A DNA stretch of 61,460 bases, filler included, from Rhabdomonas costata (GCA_019059605.1; 23 parts of 23 records of this genome joined end to end with filler, not necessarily neighbours in it); one strand, 5' to 3'; numbered from the whole stretch's first letter, positions 25,322 through 37,660 are shown. Notes: a model not told the origin generated them from the sequence alone. A program made the numbers and translations.

Positions 25322-26705
25322 ATGTCGGCCACACCCCAAGTGGATTCCAGTGGGAGTGGGAGCTCAGGAGGTGGGGTGACCTCGCTGTACCGGTTGTTTG
25401 AGAGCGAGTTCTTCAATGTTTGGATGTGCCTCACTTACCTCACCAAATACGCCGCCAACCCCGCGCTGGGACCGTACCTGTGCTCCCGACTGTACGAGTT
25501 TGGTCAGGCCGAAGTACGACCGCTCCCCCTGTCCCCACCCCAGTCTCCGCCCTCAGTTCCGCGACCAAACGCTTGACATAATTGAGATAATTGGTTGCAG
25601 GGCGAAAGGAGCGATCTGCTTTGTTAGCCTGCACACGCACACGCACACGCACACGTAGAAAGTGTGAGCATTGGAGGATGTAATGGACATGTCCGGATGT
25701 GCATTCTTTTGCTCGTGTTCGGCTGGTTGCGCGCCGTCAACTCATTTTCACTGCACTTTTGAAAATTGATTGCAGTTTATTGCAGTTCAAAATGACCTTC
25801 AGACTTGAGCGGCGAAAGAAAAAAGAATATTTTTGCCGCAAATTGCTTTGATTGGTGGTTTTAGAATTGTTACTTAGTAGTGTTGTCGGAATTCTCACCG
25901 TGCGTATGTGGTAGTTGTTTGCTGATGGTTCTCAATTGGATTTTTTGCTGGGCAAAAAGCAACAAAGAATTCATTTTTGTGAGCCCCACCACCACCGGTT
26001 TCACACCACACTGCTGCACAGATTGAGCAGTTCATCCCGCAGTTGTGCAACTTGTACTTTGTCAGCTGCCCTGCGTCCGAGACTGCTCTGGAGCGCTTCA
26101 TTGTTGGTGTGGAGACTTAAGCCCACCCCATGTGTTCTTGCAATCTTCCCGTGCCGTGTTTGGGGCCTACTGATAACCGGATGACCGATTAATGTGTAAT
26201 GATGGGGATGAGGATGAAAATGAGGGAAGAACGAAAAAAAACGGAATGAGACAAGAACAAGGATGAGAATGAGGGATACAGACGCGGAAGCAAGCACCTG
26301 CGCCGTCCCAATGATGTGCATGTGTTTTCGATGCACTGGAATCAACGAATAAATGGATGTAAATATTTTCCAAATGCACTGTCACAGCGGGAACAGCGTG
26401 CAGTCATATCATTTGACCAATTGATTAACAAATACATCTGGCACCCCCGTTGACCACCCCCCTGGCACTACACTCGCAGACAGTGCCAGCACCTCGCTCC
26501 ACCTCGCGCTTCGGCTTTGGTGGCTTCTGGACGCCACCGCGACCGATCCCCTGAACCCCCCGGAGAGCTGCGCGAAGGCGATGCGGCTGCGGGAGGCCAT
26601 CGAGACTGCCGCAATCAATGCCCGGTCGCCCGGGCTGCGCTCTCCCAACCCCTCGCGCCCGGAGACTCCAACCCGCTCCTCCGCTGCCGCGTTGCACCAA
26701 CCAAC
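25322..26705 (+). CDS. PI4KB: Phosphatidylinositol 4-kinase beta (Pik1-like), N-terminal helical domain, 3'-partial; exons 25322-25513, 26022-26106, 26480-26705
   Basis: SLYRLFESEFFNVWMCLTYL..YLCSRLYEF..E|IEQFIPQLCNL..ALERFIV|DSASTSLHLALRLWWLL matches the PI4KIII-beta N-terminus (LRLFES.FF..; ..PQL..); intron phases compatible. Confidence 0.88.
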
Positions 26706-28245
26706 NNNNNNNNNNNNNNNNNNNNNNNNNNNNNNNNNNNNNNNNNNNNTTAATTAATTAANNNNNNNNNNNNNNNNNNNNNNNNNNNNNNNNNNNNNNN
26801 NNNNNCGCCGCCTCTGTTTGAGATTCCGGTTCACAACAAATGCCACAAATTCCATTGCATTGCAATAGGCTGCCTCGCTTAACCAGAAAATTAGAAAAGC
26901 CAGCGCAGTAAAATATAAGAAACCGATGCCGGAGCACTGACCTAAGTTCAATATCTTTTGTAGATGTTCCCTCCTCAAATCAGCGTACTCAGCCATTTAC
27001 TCCCTTTTGTCGAGTGCCAGTGTGGGCAGTGATATTCCATTTCCTCCGAGCAGACATACCATATATCTTCTCGTATTCCAACCTGAGCGGAAAAAAGCAG
27101 GGCCATTCGCACCTCCCGCAAAAACAACCTAGTATCATGGGCATATCCCGGACAAAACCACGGACATGGATAAATAACCGTCGTTCTCGACACAGCAGAG
27201 TGTACACTGGAATTGCTCGAGTCGAGCTTATTTGAAACTATCAGACAAATCCAAAGAAAAATCCGACGAACGAAAAAAGGCGAGAATTTTCACAGCAGAC
27301 TACAAAATGCACGTTAGTGCAAACCAAAGTTCAAACCGGATGCTAGCAATACGTCCAACTCCTAACCCCACTAACGCCTACACGTTACACATGAAGATGA
27401 AGGTCCACTTCCTACTACTACTACTACTAAAAAGCGTGTGAGCGTTCGGAAAGTGAGTTCAGGGAACAGCGCGTCAATGCTCCGCAACAGGACGCAACAC
27501 ACTTCATCTCTGACATCCGCCGCTGGAGTTCCTCGTTCTCCGCTTTCACACGGCTGAGTTCTCTGCGTATATGCACACAAATACCGAGCAGGACAAAAAC
27601 ACGAGAAATTCATCCGCATTCATTTGCTCCCCATCTCCAAATGCTCAAGCACAGTTTCGTGCAGGAAGCAAACGGGACCCATGAGCACCCCTCCCCTCCG
27701 CAGACAAATACCCACAACGTCCCGCTTTACCAAGACGAAGAACTAATCATGAGCATCCGCGACGACGGTGACGGAGAAGCTCCACATAAAAACGAGGTAA
27801 GCCCCGGACAAACGCAAAACAAACGAAAACATACACAGCCAAATCCCATCAGTGTAAGAGCAGCTCCCCATTTTCGGTAACCGGGCATGCAAACGCACTT
27901 GACTAGCTCCGCGGTGCCCCGTAGAGTTTCGTTGAGCTTCGTCTCGGGGGTTTGGGCCCGGCGCTCGGCCTCAACCACCCCTGCCCTCCTCAATGAGATC
28001 TGAAAGTCATCACCGTTTCCCACCCCACACCGCACAATCACCCAACACCAGTGGACTCGCTCTTTCTGCCTTGCTTGGCTATGTATTGACTTCGCCATCT
28101 TTAGATCAATCCCAGCTGTCCGATCAACCTCCATATAGTCTGCTCCCTTCCAATTCCCACTCTTCGCCAAACATCTCATTCACTCTCACTCCTAGCTATT
28201 ATCTGCATTCACTTCAGTGTTTTCCTTGCCCCACGGGTGCTCCTC

Positions 28246-29031
28246 TCATTCGGTTGTTTGTGGATCTCCCATTCTCCCGGTGTGATCAGTACTGTTCTTT
28301 TTGTGGTGACCAATTTCCACTTTCTTTGTGTCTCTTATTCCGCCTCGCAACATCGCAATAGCTTCCCGGGCCGCTTTCTTGGCCGCGCGCTTTGCTAATA
28401 TGCGCTGTCTTTTTTGCATCATGCTGCTGAGCACCTGTCAGTATTGCTCGGTTCCCTTTAATTCATAGTTATCGCTGCGCGAGCGACTCCAGAAAGTACA
28501 CAGACTCAGTCAAAACCAGAAGCTCATGCCCAGTTATGATGCAACCTCTAGGGCATCAGGCCACGCTAAGACACCACAGGAGGCCCTTGAGTGAGACGCT
28601 TGAATTAACCCACCAACCATTGCTGTGAAAGCCTGTCAGGACAGAAAAGAGGTCAGTCGTCATCATTAAAAAAGCAAAGGAAAGGAGCAGGAAGAAGGGG
28701 GGGGGTGGAAACGACCCCCCGGAATGGAAGGGAAACATAAAAAAGGAGTAATTAAGCTTTCCGTCCTTGCGGATAGTGGGGTCAAAGGAACGGCTATCTG
28801 CGGGACGGCATAGCCACCAAACCAACCCAAAAATACCAACAGACCAACAGAGACACGAAAAACACACACGACACTTCGGCCAACACACACCGAGGCGTCC
28901 CAGCTCTTGATCGTCTTGTCGTATGAGCCCGTGAAGAGTTCCAGCGTGCCGTCCTCCGCGGAGTGGAAGGCCAGGCAGCTCACCACGTCGGGGTGCGCCG
29001 GGACCTCGGAGGTGGGCTCCGGGGCCTCGCC
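28246..29031 (-). CDS. WD40-repeat protein, last two exons (29031-28891, 28434-28246)
   Basis: AHPDVVSCLAFH..ELFTGSYDKTIKSWD is a canonical WD40 repeat; 141-nt exon bounded by AG/GT, followed by a basic terminal exon. Confidence 0.85.
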
Positions 29032-31425
29032 CTGTTATTATTGGGATTTTCTCTTCAAGCCTGTCTCCCCACAGTAGCAGAAGAAGTTGCCGCGCTCGGT
29101 CGGTGGTGTTTTTGAATTCCTTGAGAAACAGGAGGATGGGAAAGCATGAAGGAGGGGGACCTGCAACATCAATAGGCTAGTCCGGTGCACCGCGGCAGTG
29201 AACCGATAAAAGTGCGCAGCTTCATCGAAATGGTGTGCTACTATGAGCGCTAACTGAGACTTGGGTACTGTGCGGCAGCACCAAGGACCAACGCAGAACT
29301 GTGCACAGACTGATATCCCCTGTGCGCTACAGATCAGACAAGGTGGATGGGCAGTCGCTACAGCGTGGAATGAGCACCCNNNNNNNNNNNNNNNNNNNNN
29401 NNNNNNNNNNNNNNNNNNNNNNNTTAATTAATTAANNNNNNNNNNNNNNNNNNNNNNNNNNNNNNNNNNNNNNNNNNNNGGTTGTGTGTCGGCCTTGACT
29501 TTGGTGGGCTTGTGTGCCGCAAGGCTCGACCCTCGGGGCTGTGCTCTGCGGACGCTGTATCTGTGTCACTGCCAGCCCGCTTGCCGCTGCACTCGCTGTG
29601 CTGTCTTGGCTGCGGGCTTGCGCCCAACCTTCATCTCTCGTTCGCGTCAATATCGGCTTTTGGCAAGAAAGTTGGGGAATGCTCAGCAGCTGTTTCGGGT
29701 ACCTACTGGTCCTGGGAAACCGATACACGCACTCCGTTCCCTTGTAATTCGTATAGACTTACAGGGGCAAGGTTGATTGTAATGCGCGCTTCCTTAGGAT
29801 CGAGGTCTGTTGCGTCCTCGAGCAATGGTAAAAAAAAGTCTTAGTATCGTTTGTGTGTGTGCGTGTGTTTTGCCCTTGCCAGAAAGTGAACCATACTTCC
29901 CGGTCCAGTGTTGGGAAGTTGAACGGCCGGGCCAATTGTATGCGTATATGCGGGCGTGGTGTGCGCCTTCTTGGGCTGGCCCACGCTGCTCCTGTGCATC
30001 ATCATCATCTTCTTCTTCTTCTTCGCGGCAGCTCCCCCGAGTAGTCTGCCAGCGGCTTCTCAGCGTTTTTTTTCTGTGCCTGGTGAGTGAGCGACAGGGT
30101 GGGACCCGGGCACCCAGTCGTGTTTCGGAATAGCTGCACTGCATTTGAGTTATGACCACACCGCACCCTTCTCTCTCTCCTTGTTTGATGATGAGCTTCC
30201 TCATTGTCACATTTTCCTTCGTTGCTTCCTCAAAAGATTGTCCAGTTATCCAGTTTTCCTCCAACCCTGCTCCTGCTCAGGTTATGCTCATTTGCCTCTA
30301 AACCTCCACAACAACTTCTTCTCACCCTCCTCACCCTCTTTTGCTGCACGCTGTAAGTGCTTCGGTTCTTCCTTTGGCCGCGTGTGGAATGGGCGTTTGA
30401 GGGCCTCGAAAATTCTCGCCGCCAGCGTCCAGTGGGTTTCAAATTCCAATGGACCTATTTCTTTGGAATGAGTTTTGCTTGAAGGTCCTTTGGAGGCGAT
30501 TTAGGTGAGATGTCTTTCGATACAATCTGCATCCCAATTAGGAGTGAATATCAAGTGGGTGGTGTCGTCTCCCTTCTTTTGGCTTTCTGGTTACGGAAAT
30601 ATAACTACTGCGGGACTCCCACGAGAGAATTTTATCTAGGCATCAAAATTTCTATCCAGTCAAAAATTTGGCTCCTCCTCATATCCAAAGTCAACAGGAG
30701 CCATAGGCGCCTCTGTAACAATGGAATTTGACAAAGACGCCCAATCTATTTCATAGTACAAGCCCAGGAATTTTTGAAGCGAAATTTCAGGTGCTCTCGA
30801 CAGGAGCAATGCCTGGCCTCTTGGTTTCTCTTTCTGGGAACCTGGCTGTGTGGTTTCGCAAAGAACGGAGGCAACCGAAACCGGAGCTTTGGATCAGCAG
30901 CAGTTGGGTCGCTGCCGTTTCCATTCCTTCCATTCTTGTTGCAATGGCGAAATGGCGACATTGAGGATGAGGGAGAGAAAATAATTGGAAATGGTTGCAT
31001 GCTCCCCAATTACGGTAGTATAATAATGGCTGCGTTTGGTAACTGGAGAGAGTTTCTGGGTCTCTTGGTATTGGAGTAGATTTTGGATCGGTTAGAAGAC
31101 GAAATGGTGTCATCCGAGGTTTCTTACGAATGGCTTGCGGCTTACGGAGGTCGATGCGAGTGCCCCAAAATGCGGAAGGATGTAAATGGCTGACTGCAAC
31201 CATACACGCAGCCCGAGTTTTTATTTTACTGTTCGAAAGTTCGAAAGGTGAAAATGAAAGCCAACGTCGCCATGGGTTCCGCTCGTACTGATTATCTTGT
31301 TCGGATGGCTTTCCTTCTGATTCAGAATAGCTCGTTTCGTTTCAGCGTTTGTGGGGGGCTAATGTGCCAAGAAAAAGCATAAGTAACCTAACCGAAAGCC
31401 TGAGCGTTTCACTGTACCTTCAGCA

Positions 31426-31695
31426 ATGATCTCGAGCCAGTTGAAGATCTTGATCCCCGTGCTGCTGGTGTGCATGGTGCTGCTGGACATTCTGTTGCGA
31501 TTCTCGTGTTGGGGGCAGCCCAGCCCCACCCTTAGCACCGTAGTGGTGGCGAACTTTCCCCGGGCCCCTGTGGACAGGACAGAGACGTTCAGGGGTGAGC
31601 CTTCCGGGGTCACTAGCCGGCACCGCACAGTGCGGTGTGCATCGAAGGGGCCGCCCGTTCCCGTGGCCTTGACAGTGCTCAGCCCCGCAAGTTAG
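31426..31695 (+). CDS. Putative type II membrane protein, first exon (3' boundary uncertain)
   Basis: MISSQLKILIPVLLVCMVLLDILLRF signal-anchor; ATG 2 nt after the acceptor ccttcag; GC-rich codons. Confidence 0.45.
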   Translation: MISSQLKILIPVLLVCMVLLDILLRFSCWGQPSPTLSTVVVANFPRAPVDRTETFRGEPSGVTSRHRTVRCASKGPPVPVALTVLSPAS

Positions 31696-33348
31696 TGTGC
31701 AGTGTGCCTTCTAAGAAGCTCTCTTATGGGCACCCTTCGATGTGAATGTCTTCCTTGAGTCCCAATCGCGTTAAACCCGAACTACTCGTCTGACTCATCT
31801 CACTCCTACCCTCTTCCCCAACTTCTTTTCTCCCGGTTTTTTTCGCTTGACGGTTGTTCTGTGCCTTTGACTTGAAACGCCATGTCTCCTGCACTCTGCT
31901 TCTGGAGCAACCCCAATGCCAATGTATGTGTTTTTCCCGGAAGAATGTAAACGGCATACTTAAACCCCGTTCAACGTAAGCAGTGCACAGCTTGTTTACG
32001 TGAGTGACAGTTGTTTCCATGAAGCGGCATGAAGCGGCTGTGACCCAACACCNNNNNNNNNNNNNNNNNNNNNNNNNNNNNNNNNNNNNNNNNNNNTTAA
32101 TTAATTAANNNNNNNNNNNNNNNNNNNNNNNNNNNNNNNNNNNNNNNNNNNNCCTCCTCTGTGTCTGCGATTACCACGGGTTTTGTTTGCTTCATTTTTT
32201 GTCCTTTGGGACCCTGTGATGCAGAGTTGCGTGTGATTTTTAGATATGCTTCCTGGAGAGCTGATATTCTCGGAAAAGGTCAATTGCATTGCATCATCGC
32301 TTTGCCGTGGTGGGCCTCTGCCGGTGGTACAGGACTATAGTTAACAGCTTTAGGGTAAGTTGCGCTGTGGTTAGCTCCGTTATTCTCCTGATCCTCAGCC
32401 AAGCAATGATGGGCTTCTTCTTTTGTTCCACGTTTACGGTGCATGAAGCTGGGGGAAATGATGCCCGTATAATGGGGTATAATATCAATTATAACAAAAA
32501 TATAGCGTACAATACCATTATACGCCTGGTATAATCATATTTTAGTGGCGCTCCTAAACTTGCCCGGTAAACTTTGGAAATATTGATCCTGCAGGGAGTT
32601 AGGGCAGCATGTATCAGGAGGTAACCGTAGGTTCCCCCCGGGGATTTTCCTAGCGTTTTCCGCTGTTATTCAGCAATGTTTTCTATCTTTGATTTGGAAG
32701 ATTTGTGTTCTGATGATGAGAAGTTGAGAGCTTGTTTCGTCAAATATGGAGTGCTGGCTGCACCAAAGTCTTGTTCAGCCTTCTGCTGTGTATCGGGCAA
32801 GTTTTGGTACGCCATTTTAGTATAATGGCTACAATACACCCTTGCGACTTCCTGGAGATCTGAACACTAGGGTGTATAATGGCCATTATACCCGATTTTA
32901 CGGTCACCCCCTCCCCCCAAGTATCCATTTCAAAGGAAGCAGTAACGTGATAGCAAATGCAATTAGGTTTTTTCAGCCAGTCAGTGGTGGGGAAAGTATT
33001 TCAAGCAATCACTTGGATGACGGGCATCCCACAGGTGCCTCTGCATCTAATGTTTCATTGGGTGCACTCTCATTCCATTTTGGCAGTTAGAATCCATAAA
33101 TTCCCCGAGGTTTGGGTTATTTGGAGCTCAGGAGAAGGCTTGAGAGGCTCTGCGGCGGAGAGCGCCAGTGATTGATGGTTCAACTGAAACCGACGTTATG
33201 TGCCCCCAAAAAATGGTTACAGCGACCACTCAGAGAGGGATTCATATCCAGGGTATAGGTCGTGGTTTTGTGAAGGGGCTCGGAGACCTCCAGCGAATCT
33301 TCTCGTTTTTCTCTTCGCAGTCTTCTGAACTTTGCTGACGAAAGAGAA

Positions 33349-34650
33349 ATGTCCCTTTCCCTTTGCGAAGACACATTGGTTAACACCTTTCGGTTTCTGG
33401 AGATGAGATCGCACCTCAGCATACGGCTGGTATGCAAGCAGTTTCAAAGGCTAGTTGACATTCATTTCCCCTCAGGGTGGAAGGTTGTGCTCCGTCTCCG
33501 AAGGTCCCTCGAAAACCTCACTTCCTGGGATGGGCAGAGTGCGACTCAGGGATTGCGTCTGGCTTGCTCTGCGGGGGCGATTTCGGTGCAAAACAAGAAC
33601 CTCTTGGAACGCTTGCTTAGATTCGATCCAGTAGTGGTGGCGCACTCCACTTCCTGCTTGTTTCCCAACCTCAAATCTCTGGATCTTCAGCGGACCAAGT
33701 TCGGCGCTGCTGAAATGCAGGCGCTTGCATCTTCTTCGTCCTTCCCCATACTCACCTCGTTGGATGTGAGATTCAATGATGTCGGCTGTGTGGGAATGCG
33801 AACGTTTGCTGGCTCCTCTTTCTTCCCAAACCTTGCCTCCCTTAGAGCGAGCGAAAATAAGATCGGTGTTGCGGGAATGCAAGCTCTTGCCGGTTCCTCT
33901 TTCTTCCCCAAACTTACCTCTTTGGATGTGAGCGATAATAAGATTTGTGCTGAGGGAGTGCGGGCATTTGCCGGCTCCTGTTTCTTCCCCAACCTTAGCT
34001 CCTTGGATTTGAGCGGCAATCGGATTGAGGCTGAGGGAGTGCAGGCATTTGCAGCTTCCTCTCTCTTCCCCAACCTCAGCTCCTTGCATTTGGGCAACAA
34101 TCAGATTGGGGCTGAGGGAATGCAGGCGTTGGTATCTTCCTCTTTCTTCCCCAACCTTACCTTGCTGGATGTGGGGTGCAATCAGATTGGGGCTGCCGAA
34201 ATTCAAGCGCTGGCGTCTTCCTCATTCTTCCCTTGTCTTTCCTCCCTCAACGTGAGCTTCAATGGGATCGGCGTTGCGGGAATGCAAGCATTTGTCGCGT
34301 CCTCGTTTTTCCCCAACCTCACCTTCTTGGATGTGAGCTTCGATGACATCGGCGATGCGGGTGTGGAAGCCCTCGCGTCATCCTCGTTCTTTCCCAATCT
34401 TAGCTGCTTGGATGTGAGCCACAATCATATTGGTGATGTGGGAGTAGAAGCACTTGCAGCGTCCTCATCCTTGCCCAACCTTACCACCTTGAATGCGAGC
34501 CACAATCATATTCGTAATGCGGGATTGCAAGCACTTGCAGCGTCCTTTTCCCTCCTCAATCTTACCTCTTTGGATGTGAGGGGCAATGAGATCGATGAGT
34601 TCGTTGCTTATCGTTTAGCAGGGCGGTTTCGCTCCCTGAAGTGTAGATAA
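33349..34650 (+). CDS. Intronless F-box + 27-aa leucine-rich-repeat protein (433 aa)
   Basis: N-terminal F-box-like LCEDTLVNTFRFLEMRSHLSIRLVCKQFQRLV; about 12 tandem repeats of FFPNLTSLDVSxNxIGxxGxQALAxSS; complete ORF. Confidence 0.92.
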   Translation: MSLSLCEDTLVNTFRFLEMRSHLSIRLVCKQFQRLVDIHFPSGWKVVLRLRRSLENLTSWDGQSATQGLRLACSAGAISVQNKNLLERLLRFDPVVVAHSTSCLFPNLKSLDLQRTKFGAAEMQALASSSSFPILTSLDVRFNDVGCVGMRTFAGSSFFPNLASLRASENKIGVAGMQALAGSSFFPKLTSLDVSDNKICAEGVRAFAGSCFFPNLSSLDLSGNRIEAEGVQAFAASSLFPNLSSLHLGNNQIGAEGMQALVSSSFFPNLTLLDVGCNQIGAAEIQALASSSFFPCLSSLNVSFNGIGVAGMQAFVASSFFPNLTFLDVSFDDIGDAGVEALASSSFFPNLSCLDVSHNHIGDVGVEALAASSSLPNLTTLNASHNHIRNAGLQALAASFSLLNLTSLDVRGNEIDEFVAYRLAGRFRSLKCR

Positions 34651-34824
34651 GACCTGTGAGATACCAAAAGGGCGGAGTAAACGGCTACTTTTTATCCCAT
34701 TCCCTGGGTTTTTGACACAAACACNNNNNNNNNNNNNNNNNNNNNNNNNNNNNNNNNNNNNNNNNNNNTTAATTAATTAANNNNNNNNNNNNNNNNNNNN
34801 NNNNNNNNNNNNNNNNNNNNNNNN

Positions 34825-34940
34825 TGTGGTGTGGGATCCAAGGGGCACTGACCGGGCCCCTGCTGTGCTGTGGGATGGCCTTGGTGTACACCTTCTCGGG
34901 GGCCTACGTCAAGGAGACGATGCACAGACTGCTTAGCTGA
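34825..34940 (+). CDS. TMEM245/AI-2E-like membrane protein, terminal exon fragment
   Basis: GIQGALTGPLLCCGMALVYTFSGAYVKETMHRLLS* resembles the TMEM245 C-terminal GLEGAIIGPILLC motif. Confidence 0.6.
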
Positions 34941-35868
34941 GGGTTCCTTTAGGGGATGCAATGGAGGATTTTGCTTTTGTACCCATCTGGCATTCCCGTA
35001 CTGTATGTTGTTGTATTGTATGAGTATCTCAGCTGGTGAGGTGAATCTGAAGTGGTTGGGAATATATCAATCGTTGATTGACGCTTGCTTTACCCTTGGT
35101 CACTTGCGCTGTTGCCGGCAGACGTCTTCTCCAGTGGGGGTCATGAGAACATTCCCCTTCTCCAAGAAATCGCTTGTGCTTTCCTTCTCTGGCCTTGTTT
35201 GGGTGGGTAGAAGAACGTCACCTGGTTTCATTGATGCAGCAACCGTTTTTCCAGCAGCATTTCCCATATTTTCGAGGGCACAGGTGCATTTATGCCGTTG
35301 ATGGGGGGGGGGGGGGAAATGCACCACCGCCTTTTCGAGAGTTGGTGTGTTTTTCGTGTGTCGATTTTTCGTTGATTTGACCTCCTCGAATCAGCCGTAC
35401 ATTCCTCTCCACACACCACACTCCTCTTCATTCGTTCGTTAATTGATTTATTAGCTGCAGGGATCGCCGCTGACTCTACGACTTTTTTTTTACTAAGTTG
35501 AGAAACCCCAAAAAATGCAAAATGATTTTTTTCACAAAAAATACCAGTATTTGTATACCAGATTAAGGATAAAGCGATTCGACTTAACGGGGATTCCTTT
35601 GTGAATTGGTGATTTTTTGTATTTGCTTTTGTGTGCTCTTCCCACTCCCGCTCCACATCACAGTCCCCCCCACTGTCCTTTGCAGACCAGTTTATCGTGC
35701 TGATTTTCCAGTTATTTGCACGATTTCTGTTTTAGGGGTACTTTTATGGGTTTATGTTTCCATAAACCGTCATCTAAGATGTGCAGAGGACTTGGTAATC
35801 TTGGTATCCTGCGAGGGCTGCTGTGAAATTCCTCTCCCCCCTTTTGCTGGTGGGACGGCTCGTGACAC

Positions 35869-36525
35869 ATGTTCGGTGTCCGCCGTGGGGTGCTGCCTCT
35901 GGCTGTGATTGTGGCCGCGCTGTCCCTGGTGGGCTTCCTGGTGGGTGGGGTAGTGCTCTACCGCCAGCGCCACCGCTGGGGGCTGGAGCGGCAGCATCGG
36001 GGGGCGGCCTTCACGATCTTTGCCGTGGTACCCAAGTCATGGGCCCCGCTCTCTGAGGTCGGCTCCCCATTACCACTGCCATATTTATGTCCGTATCTAT
36101 TCCCACCTGGTATGACAGCCTGCCTTTAACGTTTTGGGGTGGAACTTGAACGACGGAATAATCACCTTTTCACCTGCCCCCGTCCTTGTTTCTTTCTTGT
36201 ATGAACGTCAACCTTTTGGGGGTCTTATTTTGGTTGATTATAGCTGTGTCCACCGCCCTCAAATCTGGACCTACCGCGTACCACCGTTTCTCTTTTTCAG
36301 TACCACGCAGGTCCTGATGACCTCGCTCTTTTTCCCGCCTTATTGTCCCAACCCCAGGACATCGGTTCTAAATCGAAATCTATTCGCAACTCCGTGGGGT
36401 TCAGGTGCACTACTACAACGCCTTTCGGAGCTGGGCTGCCCTTGTGCCTCCTCCGCGAGTGTTTCTTCTGGGGGGAGAGCCGTTCAATGCCAGCGCTGTG
36501 CGCAACCTACACTTGAAATCTTTGG
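35869..36525 (+). CDS. Type II membrane glycosyltransferase-like protein (RAY1-like N-terminal motif), 3'-partial; exons 35869-36057, 36405-36525
   Basis: Signal anchor, then FTIFAVVPKSWAPLSE|VHYYNAFRSWAALVPPPRVFLLGGE, resembling the TIF..P....A.RSW.AL.P...V.L motif of RAY1-type proteins. Confidence 0.55.
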
Positions 36526-37005
36526 GTATGCGCTTGCGTGGTTGGCCTTTACCTTAGTCTCTTTCTTGCAGACGTGCCGCCTGGACTGGGGCGGGCGATG
36601 GGTGCTCATAGTGGATCAGGAAAGAGTACAAGAGAGCTCAATTGTTTCCCTCTGAATTGTGGATGGAGTTGGGACAGGCAAACTTGACCTGGAGGACGTG
36701 GTGCTGCACGGTTCCGTGGGCCTCTATAACCATGCTCACTCCCATGTTCCCTCTGTAGCACTAGACTGTCGACAGGACAACCGCTCGGCGCCGTCACTTG
36801 TGCTACTCAGAGGCTGAGGCTGCCCATGGGTCTTTCATGTCCATTTGGTTACTTTGTTGTTTGCCTTTTCAGTCTTTTCCAGTCTTCTTCGGCATTCTTC
36901 TGTTCAGTCTTTCAAAAGAGTAGGCCGATTCAAATACACAAACCACGTCAGAACTCGCACAAAACCCCGAACTGCTCATAAATGTTTAGCGCGCATTTTG
37001 GCAAC

Positions 37006-37042
<37 letters not shown>

Positions 37043-37043
<1 letters not shown>

Positions 37044-37353
37044 AGTACAGGACCACCAGCAGGGCAGCCCTGAGGTAGTCCTTGGACAGCGCCAGGGCCA
37101 CCGCCCAGGGCGAGCACACCAGCCACGGCGAGAGCACCGGCACTACGGCGAAGACCACGCTGAGCAGCAGCGCGGGGTACCTCAGCTCCACCCCAAGCAC
37201 CCAGAACACCGCCCAGGTCAGCCCCAGGTGCGCCGCGGCGAGCTTCAAGGGCATCAGAAACACCTCTGCGACGCACCGCTGCAGCACCTCCATCACAATG
37301 GTCTTATCCGAGGGAAGCAAGGGCACCATCCGCAGCAAAAGCTGCGGCAGGGA
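37043..37353 (-). CDS. TMEM245/AI-2E-like membrane protein, internal exon
   Basis: VAEVFLMPLKLAAAHLGLTWAVFWVLGVELRYPALLLSVVFAVVPVLSPWLVCSPWAVAL parallels TMEM245 (VF...LK.A..Y...TW.....G......AVP...YW...P); AG/GT bounded. Confidence 0.75.
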
Positions 37354-37660
37354 CTGCCAGAAAGAGGATGCGAATGGGAAGAGAAAAGCTTCAAACGTAC
37401 CTGCACCACCACCCNNNNNNNNNNNNNNNNNNNNNNNNNNNNNNNNNNNNNNNNNNNNTTAATTAATTAANNNNNNNNNNNNNNNNNNNNNNNNNNNNNN
37501 NNNNNNNNNNNNNNTGGCACAGAGCAAACTCCCCTCCTGAAGTTCTTTCGTGAGGCGTCGTTTCCCGTGTAGTCATGCAAGAACAAGCTTTTGTGGTTCT
37601 TTCTCTTGCCCAGCCGGGAAACGGAAGTTTCCGAAGGAAACAAAAGTTTTCGAAGGAAAC

